Assembly (NCBI GenBank): GCA_964019335.1
Contig: OZ025672.1
Coordinates: forward strand, 372,001 to 436,000
DNA from: Diplonema japonicum
Lineage: Eukaryota > Protista > Euglenozoa: Diplonemea
Direction: 5' to 3'
DNA length: 64,000 nucleotides
The translations under genes and the position numbers were made by a program. Below the pieces are notes generated by a model. That model saw only the letters and a list, made by a program, of their open reading frames with translations. It made no database searches and was not told the DNA's origin. Every line of letters starts with the position of its first letter. Within the stretch, counting starts at the first letter, position 1. Of this stretch, positions 10,651 to 21,387 are shown piece after piece.

Positions 10651-12291
10651 TCATGCGAAGTAGGTGACAAGACCCTCCCACTTCGGGGCACCCCAGCCCG
10701 TCGCGAGGTCGAAGCCAGGGGTGGCGGGGAAGCCGTTGTCGCACGTGATGCAGGTCACGCAGTTGCACTTCGAGTTCCCCTGCACGACATCCGTGAAGAT
10801 ATCGTTCTGATGAGCCGCCGCCTGCTGGTACAGGGCAGGGTTCCAGAACCCGAGACGACCCTTCCCGTTCTTCACACGCTCTGCGTTCAGCAGAGTTATG
10901 ACACCCGCGAAGGTAGGCGTCGCTGCCGAAGTGCCCGACGCAGCAACAGCCCTGCCTTGTGTCACCATGGCGTTCCCAGAGGCCAACGCTGACACATCAG
11001 GGTATGCACGCTGCGAGGCGTTGAAGGAACCGGTGGGGGGGAATTCCGGCTTGCCGGTGTTTGCCTTCAAGTAAGCAGCCACCACATCCGCTTGGTAAGA
11101 AGGCATGGGGAACTCCCAGGAGAACCCAGAGCCACCGCCATTCCAGTAGATAGGTGCCTTCTTCGAACCACCGCCGCCCCACGAGGTCCCGCCCACAGCT
11201 GTGACCCACGGGCTTGACGCCGGGAAGGTGGGCATGGTGTTGGCACACGCCACTTCGTTCAGCTCCTTCCCCATCGGGCTAATGGGGCTGAAGGGCTGGA
11301 AGGAGAAGTGCATGCCACCGTCGCCAGCAGCTGCCAGCACCGTGACACCCCTGAGACCTAGCTTCATGAACTCGACGTTTGCCTGCTGGATCACGATATC
11401 GTTGTTGAACATGCAGACCTGCCTTTCGTTAAACTGGATCTCCTGCAGGCACTCAGCATAGGTGTGCTTCCCCTTAGCGGCGACACCCTTGCAGAGGATG
11501 TCGCAGGAGTGCCACGTGAGGGATCCGAGGGAGAGGCTGACGACGCCAGGCACGGCTGCCCTGCCGTTGAGCTCGTTGAGGAACGCCAGCTGGGCGTAGC
11601 CAAAGCCGGGGCCCTCCTCGGGTGCTTTGGAGTTGTTCGTGTTGGAGACCTCAGTGACGGCCCCGTAGGCCATGCCCGAGATGATGTCGGTGTCGAGGGA
11701 GGCCTCGCCGAAGTTGTCGCCGCCGTTCTGGTGGCCTGCGTAGCCTGTGAGGTTCAGGCGGTCGAGCGTGTTGGGGATGTTGAACTCGCTCCAGTACTTG
11801 GTGACATCAGTCTTAAGCACACCGTAGGTGCCGGGGCCCCACACGAGCTGGTGCTCGCCCTCGCCTGTTGCTGTCGAGGGGATGCCATACGCCTCACGCA
11901 TCTCGGGTGCACCGATGCCCACCGCCTCGACTTTCAGACCACGTGGGTGTGCCTCCCCCCCTGCAACCCTCACAACCATCTCCTTCACAAGCTTTCTGAT
12001 CGCACCATTCATCACGGGTTTCACAGTCCCTGGAAGGACAAGACGGTCGCCAGAAGGGGTCAGCTTCCCCTGTGGGAAAGCAGCCTGAAGGGACTTCAGG
12101 TCGGCTTCTAACGGGGTCACCAGTTCAGCGACTTCCTTCAAGCTGTAGAACTGACCGTACTTCGCAGACTTCGGGTCGGATACCTCCAACAGCCTTCGTT
12201 CCAGTTCCGCGTTGCTGGTTTTAGCATGCAGCCAGAGGTCCACCTCACAGGCCACCACGTGCATGGCGGCTAGAAGACACAGGGTTCGCAT
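10651..12291 (-). CDS. Secreted sedolisin (peptidase S53, tripeptidyl-peptidase I-like)
   Basis: Signal peptide MRTLCLLAAMHVVAC; prodomain VSDPKSAKYGQF; catalytic EASLD, AAGDGG and SGTSAATP; Ca-binding DVVQGNS/GFDLATGWG. Confidence 0.92.
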   Translation of the reverse strand: MRTLCLLAAMHVVACEVDLWLHAKTSNAELERRLLEVSDPKSAKYGQFYSLKEVAELVTPLEADLKSLQAAFPQGKLTPSGDRLVLPGTVKPVMNGAIRKLVKEMVVRVAGGEAHPRGLKVEAVGIGAPEMREAYGIPSTATGEGEHQLVWGPGTYGVLKTDVTKYWSEFNIPNTLDRLNLTGYAGHQNGGDNFGEASLDTDIISGMAYGAVTEVSNTNNSKAPEEGPGFGYAQLAFLNELNGRAAVPGVVSLSLGSLTWHSCDILCKGVAAKGKHTYAECLQEIQFNERQVCMFNNDIVIQQANVEFMKLGLRGVTVLAAAGDGGMHFSFQPFSPISPMGKELNEVACANTMPTFPASSPWVTAVGGTSWGGGGSKKAPIYWNGGGSGFSWEFPMPSYQADVVAAYLKANTGKPEFPPTGSFNASQRAYPDVSALASGNAMVTQGRAVAASGTSAATPTFAGVITLLNAERVKNGKGRLGFWNPALYQQAAAHQNDIFTDVVQGNSKCNCVTCITCDNGFPATPGFDLATGWGAPKWEGLVTYFA

Positions 12292-12816
12292 TTTTAATCG
12301 ATCGGTCACTGAAGTGTTTGGGTCTGAAAGCTGTGATGCGGCAGTCCACATCCACATCTACCTCAACACCAAAAATAAGAATGCTGGGAAAAGTAAATAC
12401 TAATAAAAAAGAACAGTATTTAGGGGGGGAAGAGAAGAGAAGGGGGCAGAAAAAACAGAAGAGGAACTGCATATAAAAAGAGCCCTTTTCTGTTGTTGCG
12501 TTTTTTTTTTTTCCTTTTTTTTTTTCTTATTTTTTTTTTTTTTAACAATTTTCCTGGAAATCTCATTTCGGTTCCCCTACATAGCTTCAGGCCCTCCCCG
12601 AGACCCACTCCAAGAGGGCACAGCAGAATTAAAAGGAAGCTGTTGGTTTTCTTTTCTTTTTTTTTCGTTAATTTTTTTTTTTTTTTCCATTCTTTCTTTT
12701 TCTTTTTTTGATGAGAATTGTATGTTAATTTTGTGCGCTTGCATGCGTTTGGGGTGTTTCGCGATTCGGATAGTCCGCCTGCCTCCTTCAACCTTCCTCC
12801 TGCCTTCTTCCCCCTT

Positions 12817-12847
<31 letters not shown>

Positions 12848-13459
12848 CCTTCTGTATTCGCACGAGGGAGCAGAGGAGGAGCAGGGAAGATAAAATGGGG
12901 ACAAAGAAAATCTGAAGCCACCCCCCCTCCTGTGTATTGTGCCTCCGTCCCCGTTGCCTTTCTTCCCTTTTAAAAAGGGAATTCACTCCATTCAAGGTTT
13001 GGCGCGATGAGAGGTAGGAGGGCGGGAGAGGGGACATGAAAGGATGAAATAAATGAAGGGAAAGAAAAAGCTCTGAAAAAGGAAGGGCCTTTTCAGCTTT
13101 TTCTTCTTTCTTTCTCTTTTTTTTTTTTTTTTTTTTTTTTCTTTCATATTCTCTTCGTTCGTGCTCGACAGAACCAAAACAAAAAACAAAAAAAAAAAAA
13201 AAAACAAAACCAGATTTTAAAAAAAAAGGAGGCCAGTTGGTGGCGCCCTGCTCAAAAGAAAAAAAAATCACAGAGATGGGGGGGCAGAGTGGTGATGGGG
13301 CAGCATGCTGGTAACCTCACCACAAAGATAACCGGCAACTAAAAAAGAAAAAGAAAACCCTCCACTCTTTCTTTCTAACAAAAAACTATGTGCACTCTCC
13401 CCCCCCCCCCCCCCCCCCCTTCCCTAAAAAAAAGAAGAAAAAGGTAACATACCGCAATA

Positions 13460-13513
<54 letters not shown>

Positions 13514-13848
13514 CAATCACTCCTCAACACGCATCACGCTCCCGTTTGAGAATACCGAGCAAGAAAAAAGTGAAAGAGAGGGGGCCCTAGAGAGGTTAAC
13601 CCCATTCTTACACTACTTTATTTATTTATTTATTTATTTATTTATTATTTTTTTTCCCCAATGCAAATACCTTTTTTTTTTTTTTTAAATGTTCCTCCCT
13701 TTAAAAAAGAGGAAGACAAAAAAAAAAAAAAAAAGAAGAAAAAAAAACATCTTTCCACGCACGAAGAGAAGCAGGAAATAAAAAAAAATTAAAGAGGTAA
13801 AAGGAAATCCCTGATCTGGGACGTCCTGTAAAAAAAAAAAAAAGAGCT

Positions 13849-15306
13849 CTATTTCACATAATCCGTGCACGCTGGATCGGCTGCAGGGCGAAAGGGCTTA
13901 GGTAAAGGTGCGACTAAGGGTGCTGTGAGATCAACCATCGACAGTAGCTCGAATGGGGGTATGATGATCATTCGTGGGTTGCTGTTACCCAAAGCCTCCA
14001 TTTCTTCCAAAAGAGGAACCGCACAGTGGTGCTGGTGCGAAGCTCTCCTCCTCCGCTGTCGATGGTTCTTGCTGGGACGGCGCTGCTTTGCTTCATACAC
14101 AGAGTTGCTTTTGGGGATTTTAAAACCGACCCTTCGCTTCGGTTTGGACGGAGTGGTGGTGGTGGTAACAGTAGTGTCTTCCGTGTCCTTGCGCCCCACC
14201 CAGCTGAAGTGTTCCTCCCATGCTACGGATGACGCAGAGTCAGGAACCTCGTCCTGTTCTTCGTCTTCCCATTCTAAAGAAGAATCACTCCCATCGCTGA
14301 AGGCCTTCCGGCTACGACGGGATACCCAGGACCGCTTTGTAGTTCCTGTACGGGAGGACACCCATGACCGAGATGATGTGGCTGATGAATAACTAGAAGA
14401 TGTGTTCCCCGACTCTGTCGACGACATGCTGACATGCGTCCCTTCACCGTCGCTGTCATCATTTTCCTCTGTGTACTTTAAGGACGTTTGTACTGTCTTC
14501 ACCGTTGCCCCACTGCCGTACGGGGTTCTTGCGGATGCGTTGTCCTCTCGAATCGAGCCGAGCGAGCTTTCCACCAAACTGCTAAACCTTTGCGATCTCC
14601 CTTCCCGGAAGGATGCTTTGGTGGAGTTGGTATCTGTTTCTCCTGATGTGGTGAACTTTCTTGAAGGTGCTTGTTCTTCTACTAAGCTGCTGAATCGCGA
14701 TCTCCTTCTTGCTCTGGATGATGCTTTGGTGGATGCATCATCCACATCTTCTCGAGGTGAGCCGAGTGAGCTTTCCACGAAGCTACTTTGAGTACTAAAT
14801 CTACGCGACGTCCTTCTAGGAGGTCTTGTTGAGGAGGATGCGAGGGAAGGGATCAATGAAGAGGAAGAGGAGGAGAACGAGCCAGACCGCAGCTGGTGCT
14901 CCCCGAACACCATCCGCTTCTCGCCTTCTGATGGGGTTGTAGGGAGACTGCCTGCTGCCGTTGTGTTTCCTTCGCTTTTCACAAATTCATCAACTCCCAA
15001 GAACGTCCTTTTAGCTTCTAATGGAGGTGAAGTAGGGGTTCCTGCTGCAGTTGTATTTCCTTCGCTTTTCGCGAATTCGTCAACTCCTAGAAACATGTTT
15101 TTAGCTTCTAATGGAGGTGAAGTGGGTGTGCCTGCTGCAGTTGTGTTTCCTTCGCTTCTCGCGAATTCGTCAACTCCTAGAAACATGTTTTTAGCTTCTA
15201 ATGGAGGTGAAGTGGGTGTGCCTGCTGCAGTTGTGTTTCCTTCGCTTCTCGCGAACTCGTCGACTCCCAGAAACACTCTGGTATTTTCGTCACTGCGCTC
15301 ATCCAT
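13849..15306 (-). CDS. Hypothetical Ser-rich low-complexity protein with 30-aa tandem repeats
   Basis: Long ORF; MDERS start follows a poly-T tract and AATAAG; may instead be the 3' part of the gene at 15410-15676. Confidence 0.65.
   Translation of the reverse strand: MDERSDENTRVFLGVDEFARSEGNTTAAGTPTSPPLEAKNMFLGVDEFARSEGNTTAAGTPTSPPLEAKNMFLGVDEFAKSEGNTTAAGTPTSPPLEAKRTFLGVDEFVKSEGNTTAAGSLPTTPSEGEKRMVFGEHQLRSGSFSSSSSSLIPSLASSSTRPPRRTSRRFSTQSSFVESSLGSPREDVDDASTKASSRARRRSRFSSLVEEQAPSRKFTTSGETDTNSTKASFREGRSQRFSSLVESSLGSIREDNASARTPYGSGATVKTVQTSLKYTEENDDSDGEGTHVSMSSTESGNTSSSYSSATSSRSWVSSRTGTTKRSWVSRRSRKAFSDGSDSSLEWEDEEQDEVPDSASSVAWEEHFSWVGRKDTEDTTVTTTTTPSKPKRRVGFKIPKSNSVYEAKQRRPSKNHRQRRRRASHQHHCAVPLLEEMEALGNSNPRMIIIPPFELLSMVDLTAPLVAPLPKPFRPAADPACTDYVK
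14950..15272 (-). repeat. Coding tandem repeat, 90-bp unit (~3.6 copies): FLGVDEFARSEGNTTAAGTPTSPPLEAKNM
   Basis: Near-identical units with a 90-nt period visible directly in the sequence. Confidence 0.9.
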
Positions 15307-15409
15307 TTGGTGCAGCTGATCCTTATTAATGGTGAGATTGGTGTGAAGGGGGGGGAAGAAGACAAAAAAAAAAAAAAAGAATAACCCAATTTTTTTTTTA
15401 CCATTCTTT

Positions 15410-15676
15410 TCAAGCTGTTTCGTTAAGTTTCTGTAGCTCTTGTATCTCACCTGCTGAAGGTGGGGTAGTTGGAGTTCCCGCCTGAGTAGTGTTGCCATCA
15501 CTCCGGCTACGTTCGCCACCACTGTCTACATCCAGAATGCTGAGGACTTGCCGTTCTTCAGTTGCAGGTTTTGCTGTGCTAGCCGTTTTTACGTTTACTT
15601 CTTTATTCACCTTTACTGACGTTGGTTGGGTGCCTTTGCTTTTAAGTTGCGGTTGAGAGGAACCGCAGCACCCCAT
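15410..15676 (-). CDS. Short MGCCGS-start (predicted dual-acylated) protein, or first exon of the 13849 gene
   Basis: MGCCGSSQ myristoylation/palmitoylation-type N-terminus; contains a diverged copy of the downstream repeat (RSDGNTTQAGTPTTPP). Confidence 0.6.
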   Translation of the reverse strand: MGCCGSSQPQLKSKGTQPTSVKVNKEVNVKTASTAKPATEERQVLSILDVDSGGERSRSDGNTTQAGTPTTPPSAGEIQELQKLNETA

Positions 15677-15942
15677 CTCTTCTGTCCCTCCCCGCCACCT
15701 GATCTTTTTTTTTTTCCTTTTTTTTTTGAAACAAAAAAAAAAAAAAAAAACGCAAAAGAAGTATGAAAAGAAAAGGAGGGGCAATATAATCAAGCTTTCT
15801 CCCCTCCTCCTAAGAAAAAAAAATCTCCGTTTTTTTTTTTTTTTTTTTTTTTTTTTTTGTGTTTTTAAAAAATTTTTGTTTAAATCCCTCCCCTCGCACT
15901 TCACAGAGGTCGGTCAATTGAGCAAAACTAAGTTTCAAGAAA

Positions 15943-15973
<31 letters not shown>

Positions 15974-15976
<3 letters not shown>

Positions 15977-16013
15977 ACATTTAAGGGTACCTGCGGTATG
16001 TGGCAGGACACCT
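15974..16013. repeat. 40-bp dispersed intergenic element, copy 1 (adjacent to long poly-A)
   Basis: gagacatttaagggtacctgcggtatgtggcaggacacct; near-identical copies at 17721 and 44761. Confidence 0.85.
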
Positions 16014-16450
16014 ACGTCGTTCTTAAAAAAGAAATAAGAAAAATGGGGGGAGAGGGAGGATTTTTTCTTTGGAGGTAAGGAAAAAAAAAAAAAGAGAAGA
16101 AAAAAAAAACTGGTTAGCAAAAAATGGCACGTAGGGCAGGTGAAAAAAAAGAGAAATAAAAAAAAAGAACGGGATATGGAAAAGAAATCACTACGATTTC
16201 TGGGGATAATCTTAACTGAAAGCGACCTCACTATGGCGGTATCTTTTTTTGTTTTATGCACAACAGCAACACTTCTCAATGTTCTTTCCTTAAATAGCTT
16301 ACAAGTAAGAAGACTGTTCATCATTCCTTTCAAAAAAAAAGGAACGGGTGTGGCAAGGTAAAAGGAAAAAAAAACAGAGGAGAAAAAAAAAAACAAAAAA
16401 AAAAAAAGAAACACACAAAGTCAAATAAATCAAAGTGAACAACATCACCC

Positions 16451-17393
16451 TCACTGTCTCTTCAGCGCTTGAAAACGGGACTGTACATTTTATTTATTTT
16501 TTAGGAAAAATAAATTTAAAAAAAAAAAAAAAGAGAAAAAAAAAAAAAAAAAAAAAAAAAACCACACACCTCGAGATCAGCAAAATCATCATCAGGCGGC
16601 GCGCCACCAGGGGGGGGGTAGGCGGGACCAGGGCCAGGGGGTGGTGCCTATTTTTTTTTTTTCCTTCTTCTTCCCCATCCCAATTACATACCGTTGGTTG
16701 ATGGTGATGATGATGGTGATTCTGATGCTGAGGTACGCAGGTAGGGCAAGCAGGAGGGCCTGCATGATGCTCAGGGTGTAGAGCTTTACCATTGTCCCAA
16801 ACACCCTGAGACGCAGGCACGAGGTCAGACTTCCCAATAGCCTCTGAAGCGCTTTCCCAATCCAGTTCGAACTCCTTGGCTATGCCCTCAAGGTACTGCA
16901 TGCACAGGTAAGGATCGGGTACCATGACAGAGAGCTTGTCCGCAACACGCTGGTTGACAGCACGCTCCGCGTTGTCGTTTGCCATCTCTATCCACTGCTG
17001 GCCATACTTCAGCATGATCTGTTTCCGGATTGCTATTAATTCAGAGACTCCATCAGTTCGCGGGCATGCCCATACTATGGTGCTGAGCGACTCTTTTAAG
17101 TCAGGTGGGCATGACCGGCTCTCGTTCAGCAACAGCAGCCTTGAGCTCACCAGATCACAGAACAACACCACCAGCTCCATCGCTTCGATGTAGTATTCGT
17201 CTCGCATCACCTGTTCCACCTTTATTCGCGCGCTCTCATTCTTCTCGTCTCTCATCAGATTTGCAATCTCCGACCTCTGCACCTTAATCGAATTCGTCTT
17301 CTTCCCCTGTTGCATCTTCATGCGTGTCACCGCCATTTTCAGCGCCGCCTTCATCTTATTCTTGTCATATGACTCTTTGCCCCATCCGAACAT
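16451..17393 (-). CDS. IST1: IST1 homolog (ESCRT-III regulator of Vps4), 3 exons; introns 16648-16691 and 16481-16569
   Basis: KESYDKNKMKAALKMAVTRMK...ESARIKVEQVMRDEYYIEAMELVVLFCDL; splicing two GT-AG introns restores the C-terminal MIM1-type motif DDDFADLESRFQALKRQ*. Confidence 0.92.
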
Positions 17394-17720
17394 TATTTAT
17401 TCTTGGGTGGTGTGGATTCCCCTTTCTAGTTTCTGTGTTTTCCTATTCGGTGGGGCATGATGCGGAAGAAGAAAAAAAAAAAAAAAAAAAAAAAAGAAGA
17501 AGAAGAATGACTTTGGTTGCTTATAAACCGCCTGGCGTACAAGCAACTGCAGGCACAGTCTACTTGATTACAGGGGGTGCTCCTCGGCCGAGCAGTAGCT
17601 TCTTCTGCGTTCCGCGCTGTGTCCTTAATGCGTGCGGTGTACAACTCAACCCTAGCCGGGGCGCCCCGGGTAACCAAGATTCTGCGCTCGTGCAGTTTAA
17701 AGGAAAAAAAAAAAAAAAAA

Positions 17721-17760
17721 GAGACATTTAAGGGTACCTGCGGTATGTGACAGGACGCCT
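17721..17760. repeat. 40-bp dispersed intergenic element, copy 2
   Basis: gagacatttaagggtacctgcggtatgtgacaggacgcct after poly-A. Confidence 0.85.
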
Positions 17761-17785
17761 GAAAAAAGAAAAACCTCCTCACTGG

Positions 17786-19798
17786 CTAAAAAAATGTTGT
17801 TTTCACGGTTTCCGGTTTCACAACATTACTTAATTTTGTCGCCTTTGACTTAGCAGCAGCAGCCGCAGTGCTCTTACCGACCCATTCGTCCACCAACTCG
17901 TCCAAAGGTGTGGGGCTCTTCAACACACGTTGTGTGGGAGGAACACGTTTAGGAGTGGTGTCTCTAAATGTTGTTTTCACGGTTTCCGGTTTCACAACAT
18001 TACTTAATTTTGTCGCCTTTGACTTAGCAGCAGCAGCCGCAGTGCTCTTACCGACCCATTCGTCCACCATCTCGTCCAAAAGTGTGGGGCTCTTCAACAC
18101 AGGTTGTGTGGGAGGAACATGTTTAGGAGTGGTGTCTCTAAGTGCCATTTCGAGCTGTGTAGGCTTTATTTTCAGTCGCGAGAAGCTGCTTCGAATGCTC
18201 TCAACATTGCTGGGTGTGAAGGTCGTAAGGTCTTCAGCGAGCACGCGTTCCTCGATCTTGAAGCCTATTTCCCTGTAGTTCAACCCTTCCTCCATTAAGG
18301 AAACTGACCACAGTATCTTCATCAGCTGCGTTGTTTTCAGTTTCTTGAAAAAGTCGGGGCACTGTATCATCAGCTTACACAATTTGCTCTCTAGCTTCTT
18401 CCCTTTGCCAGGCGGCAGCACCTTCACCGTGCCCCACACGAGAAAAACTATATGATTGTGATCCAGAGATTCGCCCCCCTCCAGCCTCGACATAGTCTTG
18501 TCGAGCATGCCTTGGACGCCGGCCATTTTTGTATCTAATTCCCCGAGGGAGTTCATAAAACGTGCCACTTCAAAGCATGCGGAATCAAGGGACTCGAAGG
18601 TCATAACGAGCCTGTGAAGACGTGCTTCGATGAAATCCTTGTGTTCCTTTCCCAATCGTGTGCAGCAGTGGATGTACCTGAGGAGGTCCTTTATGCGGTC
18701 GGGAATGCCAACTAGCTCAAGTGCCCGTACAAGTGCTTTGGTTGCCAACCTCGGTAGGTGCTGCTTGCGTACGATGTACCCACTTGTAAAGCTGAGAACC
18801 TTCGCCACGTGGAGGGGGTTGTGAAAGCTTGCACTGTCGGACTCCACCACCGTGCTGCACACCATATCGAAGACAGTGCTAGCGAGGCTTTGGTGCATGT
18901 TGTAAGCAGCGTAAAGCCCGTCCAACAACCAGACCACCTCACTCATCTCCAGATCATCAAACCCCTTTAAAAGGGATTTCAAAGCGCAGTGCACAACGTT
19001 CCTTGGCACCGGGCACTTCTGCCCAAGCAGGTTCACAAGGTACGCAGCGCCACGTGGTTGAATGGCAGAGCTGTCTTGCATAACAGCTGAGAAGCATGCA
19101 GGGATGGACCGCGTGTGCGTCCAGACAACTCTCAAAAGAAGCCCCTCACAAGCATTGAGGTTCTTGATAGGCGGTATGGAGGAGGTTAGGAGTTCTATGC
19201 TTTCGGGATCACGTTGAAAGAGCCATAGGTAGTGGACAAGTGGGGACGAGGGTGAAAGGGTCTTACGGAGAATCTTAATGATGGACTTGGCTGGGTGGAA
19301 GGAGTGGTGCGAGGTGATGATGGAAACCCCTTTGGGCAGAGCGAGGATTTTTTTGGCCATCCTTGTGACGATACGTGCATCATGTGTAACAGTAGGGTTC
19401 TGAAGGAGGAGGCTGAACAGTTTTTTGGGACATTGACTTTTGACGTCGATGTCCTTGTGCTCGAAGAGTGGCAAGGGGCTGGTCTCACTCAGGTTATGCA
19501 ACATCACAGCCTGCATCACCTCTCCTGGACTGAGGCATGGCGCGTTCAGCATGAATTCCTTTTGAATACTGATCACTGCACGCTCGCATACCCATCGAAG
19601 ACTCGCCAAACTCAACACGACGTGGCCTGCGGTTTGCAATGGATACAGCTCCATCCCCTTCATGTTTTCTACCTTGTCCCTCAGCACACCTCCAACCTTT
19701 TCCCCATATTTCTCCACCAACTCTTTCGTCTCTTCTATCGTTAGCTTTGCTGCAGGTACAACCATCTTTCCTGCCCTCCGTTTGACAATGAATCGCAT
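17786..19798 (-). CDS. Hypothetical helical-repeat protein (possibly organellar RNA-binding, FASTK/HPR-like)
   Basis: 670-aa ORF; segments such as TTQLMKILWSVSLM and NHIVFLVWGTVKV; family assignment is weak. Confidence 0.65.
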   Translation of the reverse strand: MRFIVKRRAGKMVVPAAKLTIEETKELVEKYGEKVGGVLRDKVENMKGMELYPLQTAGHVVLSLASLRWVCERAVISIQKEFMLNAPCLSPGEVMQAVMLHNLSETSPLPLFEHKDIDVKSQCPKKLFSLLLQNPTVTHDARIVTRMAKKILALPKGVSIITSHHSFHPAKSIIKILRKTLSPSSPLVHYLWLFQRDPESIELLTSSIPPIKNLNACEGLLLRVVWTHTRSIPACFSAVMQDSSAIQPRGAAYLVNLLGQKCPVPRNVVHCALKSLLKGFDDLEMSEVVWLLDGLYAAYNMHQSLASTVFDMVCSTVVESDSASFHNPLHVAKVLSFTSGYIVRKQHLPRLATKALVRALELVGIPDRIKDLLRYIHCCTRLGKEHKDFIEARLHRLVMTFESLDSACFEVARFMNSLGELDTKMAGVQGMLDKTMSRLEGGESLDHNHIVFLVWGTVKVLPPGKGKKLESKLCKLMIQCPDFFKKLKTTQLMKILWSVSLMEEGLNYREIGFKIEERVLAEDLTTFTPSNVESIRSSFSRLKIKPTQLEMALRDTTPKHVPPTQPVLKSPTLLDEMVDEWVGKSTAAAAAKSKATKLSNVVKPETVKTTFRDTTPKRVPPTQRVLKSPTPLDELVDEWVGKSTAAAAAKSKATKLSNVVKPETVKTTFF
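17792..18139 (-). repeat. 174-bp tandem duplication at the C-terminus of the 670-aa protein
   Basis: RDTTPK...VVKPETVKTTF occurs twice with a few substitutions. Confidence 0.9.
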
Positions 19799-20267
19799 AT
19801 TGCCAACCTATTTTTTTTTTTTTCCCCTTTTTTTTTCCCGGCTTTCTTAAAATTTTAAGAAACGTTCTAGGCGGGGGGAATATTCTAGGTAACAAAAAAA
19901 TTGAGGATGAGGGGGGGGGGGGGGGGGGGGGGGGATGGTGGGGAGGGACGGGGAAAAAGGAAAGAAGAAAGAGTGGCAAAAAAAAGAAAAGAAAAAAAAA
20001 GAGAGAAACAAGGCAAATTAAAAAGAAAAAAAGAAGAAGAATAAATATTGACATTCTTGTCTAGTCTACTATACAACAAAGGAAGCTGCAATGGGAGTAC
20101 GACGGTTCGTATCTCCAGAACGAAAGGGACGAACCTTTCCGTGGACGCCAGTACCCAGGTGTTCCCATTGGTATCACCATATTCGTCGCCTTTTTCAATT
20201 GCTGGCCATACTCTAGAATACCCCTTCCACGAGGCCCTTTGTCTGTACTAAAGGAGAGAGAGATGCT

Positions 20268-21257
20268 TCAAAGCTGTTTGCGCACGATGTGATAAGAAGG
20301 AGGCGCTTGCGACATGACAGCACGTGCCTCTTCAACTACGCGAAGTGCCTTGTGGGCAGAGGTAGTGAGGTGGCTGGGAAGGAGTGATTGAGGTTTGGAG
20401 TGCTCGGGTGACGGGGTGGCTTGAGATGGCGACCGTCTTGGAGACAGATTCCGCCTCTCAGGGAGAGAGCTCGCCGCATTGTTGCTCACAGGGCTCTTTG
20501 TAAGGAAAAGGGAGGTGTCAAGAGGGGGCGGAATCGGTTCGAGACCGTCCCATTCTTTCTGTTTGTTGGAGTACTTCCCCGACCTCACGATTGTGTCAGA
20601 CTCGTCGCATGCCTGTGTGAACCTCCGAAGCGCCTCATCATAAAGTTGCCACGAAGCAGCGACCACTGATGAAGGACTGGACCCCTTCGGCAGTTCGACT
20701 GAAGGATGGCTGTCCACACCTTCTAACCCAAAAGCGTCCCCCGATGCAAGGGCACGGAAGTAGGAGTCGGAGCGGTCTTCGAACGTATCAGGAAGAGCGA
20801 CGGGCGGGGGGGTGACTGCCGCAGGCTGTGCAACATGCAAGGGCTGCTGCTGTTGTTGTTGCTGTTTCACTGCATGCTGGACACCACGACGGAACTTCCC
20901 AACTGTAGGCACTGCGTGTGCAGGCACTACTGCCTTCGGAGGTGGCGGCTGCAGTGGAGACTGCCCTGGCGACGGCGGCTCAGTGTCCTCATATCTCGGC
21001 GGGGACGTGCTCCTCGCCCTTATTCTTGGGTAAGCGGGCAGCCCTGATGGGCTCATCAGCCATGTCCTTACTCTCTTCCCGTTGTCTGCTCGCCAGTGCC
21101 CCGGTACCCTCTCCCCCACCTCATCTAGCCTGATGGCTATCTGCAACACTAACCCGTCAACAGGTCGTCTGGCTTTCTTTAATTCTCTGAAGCTCCCCTG
21201 CACCGCCCTCAGTACTGCGATCTCTCTCGGAAACAATCTCGTTGACTCGTCCACCAT
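20268..21257 (-). CDS. Hypothetical Pro/Ser/Gln-rich protein
   Basis: 329-aa ORF on the coding strand; ATG follows a pyrimidine tract and CAG. Confidence 0.65.
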   Translation of the reverse strand: MVDESTRLFPREIAVLRAVQGSFRELKKARRPVDGLVLQIAIRLDEVGERVPGHWRADNGKRVRTWLMSPSGLPAYPRIRARSTSPPRYEDTEPPSPGQSPLQPPPPKAVVPAHAVPTVGKFRRGVQHAVKQQQQQQQPLHVAQPAAVTPPPVALPDTFEDRSDSYFRALASGDAFGLEGVDSHPSVELPKGSSPSSVVAASWQLYDEALRRFTQACDESDTIVRSGKYSNKQKEWDGLEPIPPPLDTSLFLTKSPVSNNAASSLPERRNLSPRRSPSQATPSPEHSKPQSLLPSHLTTSAHKALRVVEEARAVMSQAPPSYHIVRKQL

Positions 21258-21387
21258 ATTGGACTTGCTGTGGGGGATTACTCAAAGCGTCACCACAAGA
21301 AGAAGAAGAAGAAAAGAAAAACTGAAAAAAGGTAGCGCCATGAAAATAGCGTGTAGCAAGAGGAGATACAAATGACACAAAATGAAA

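Noticed and set aside
12420-13870. Poly-Lys/poly-Phe ORFs in homopolymer regions (also 15.7-16.4, 25.0-25.7, 31-32, 51.6-52 kb)
   Set aside because: Artefacts of A/T runs lacking stop codons
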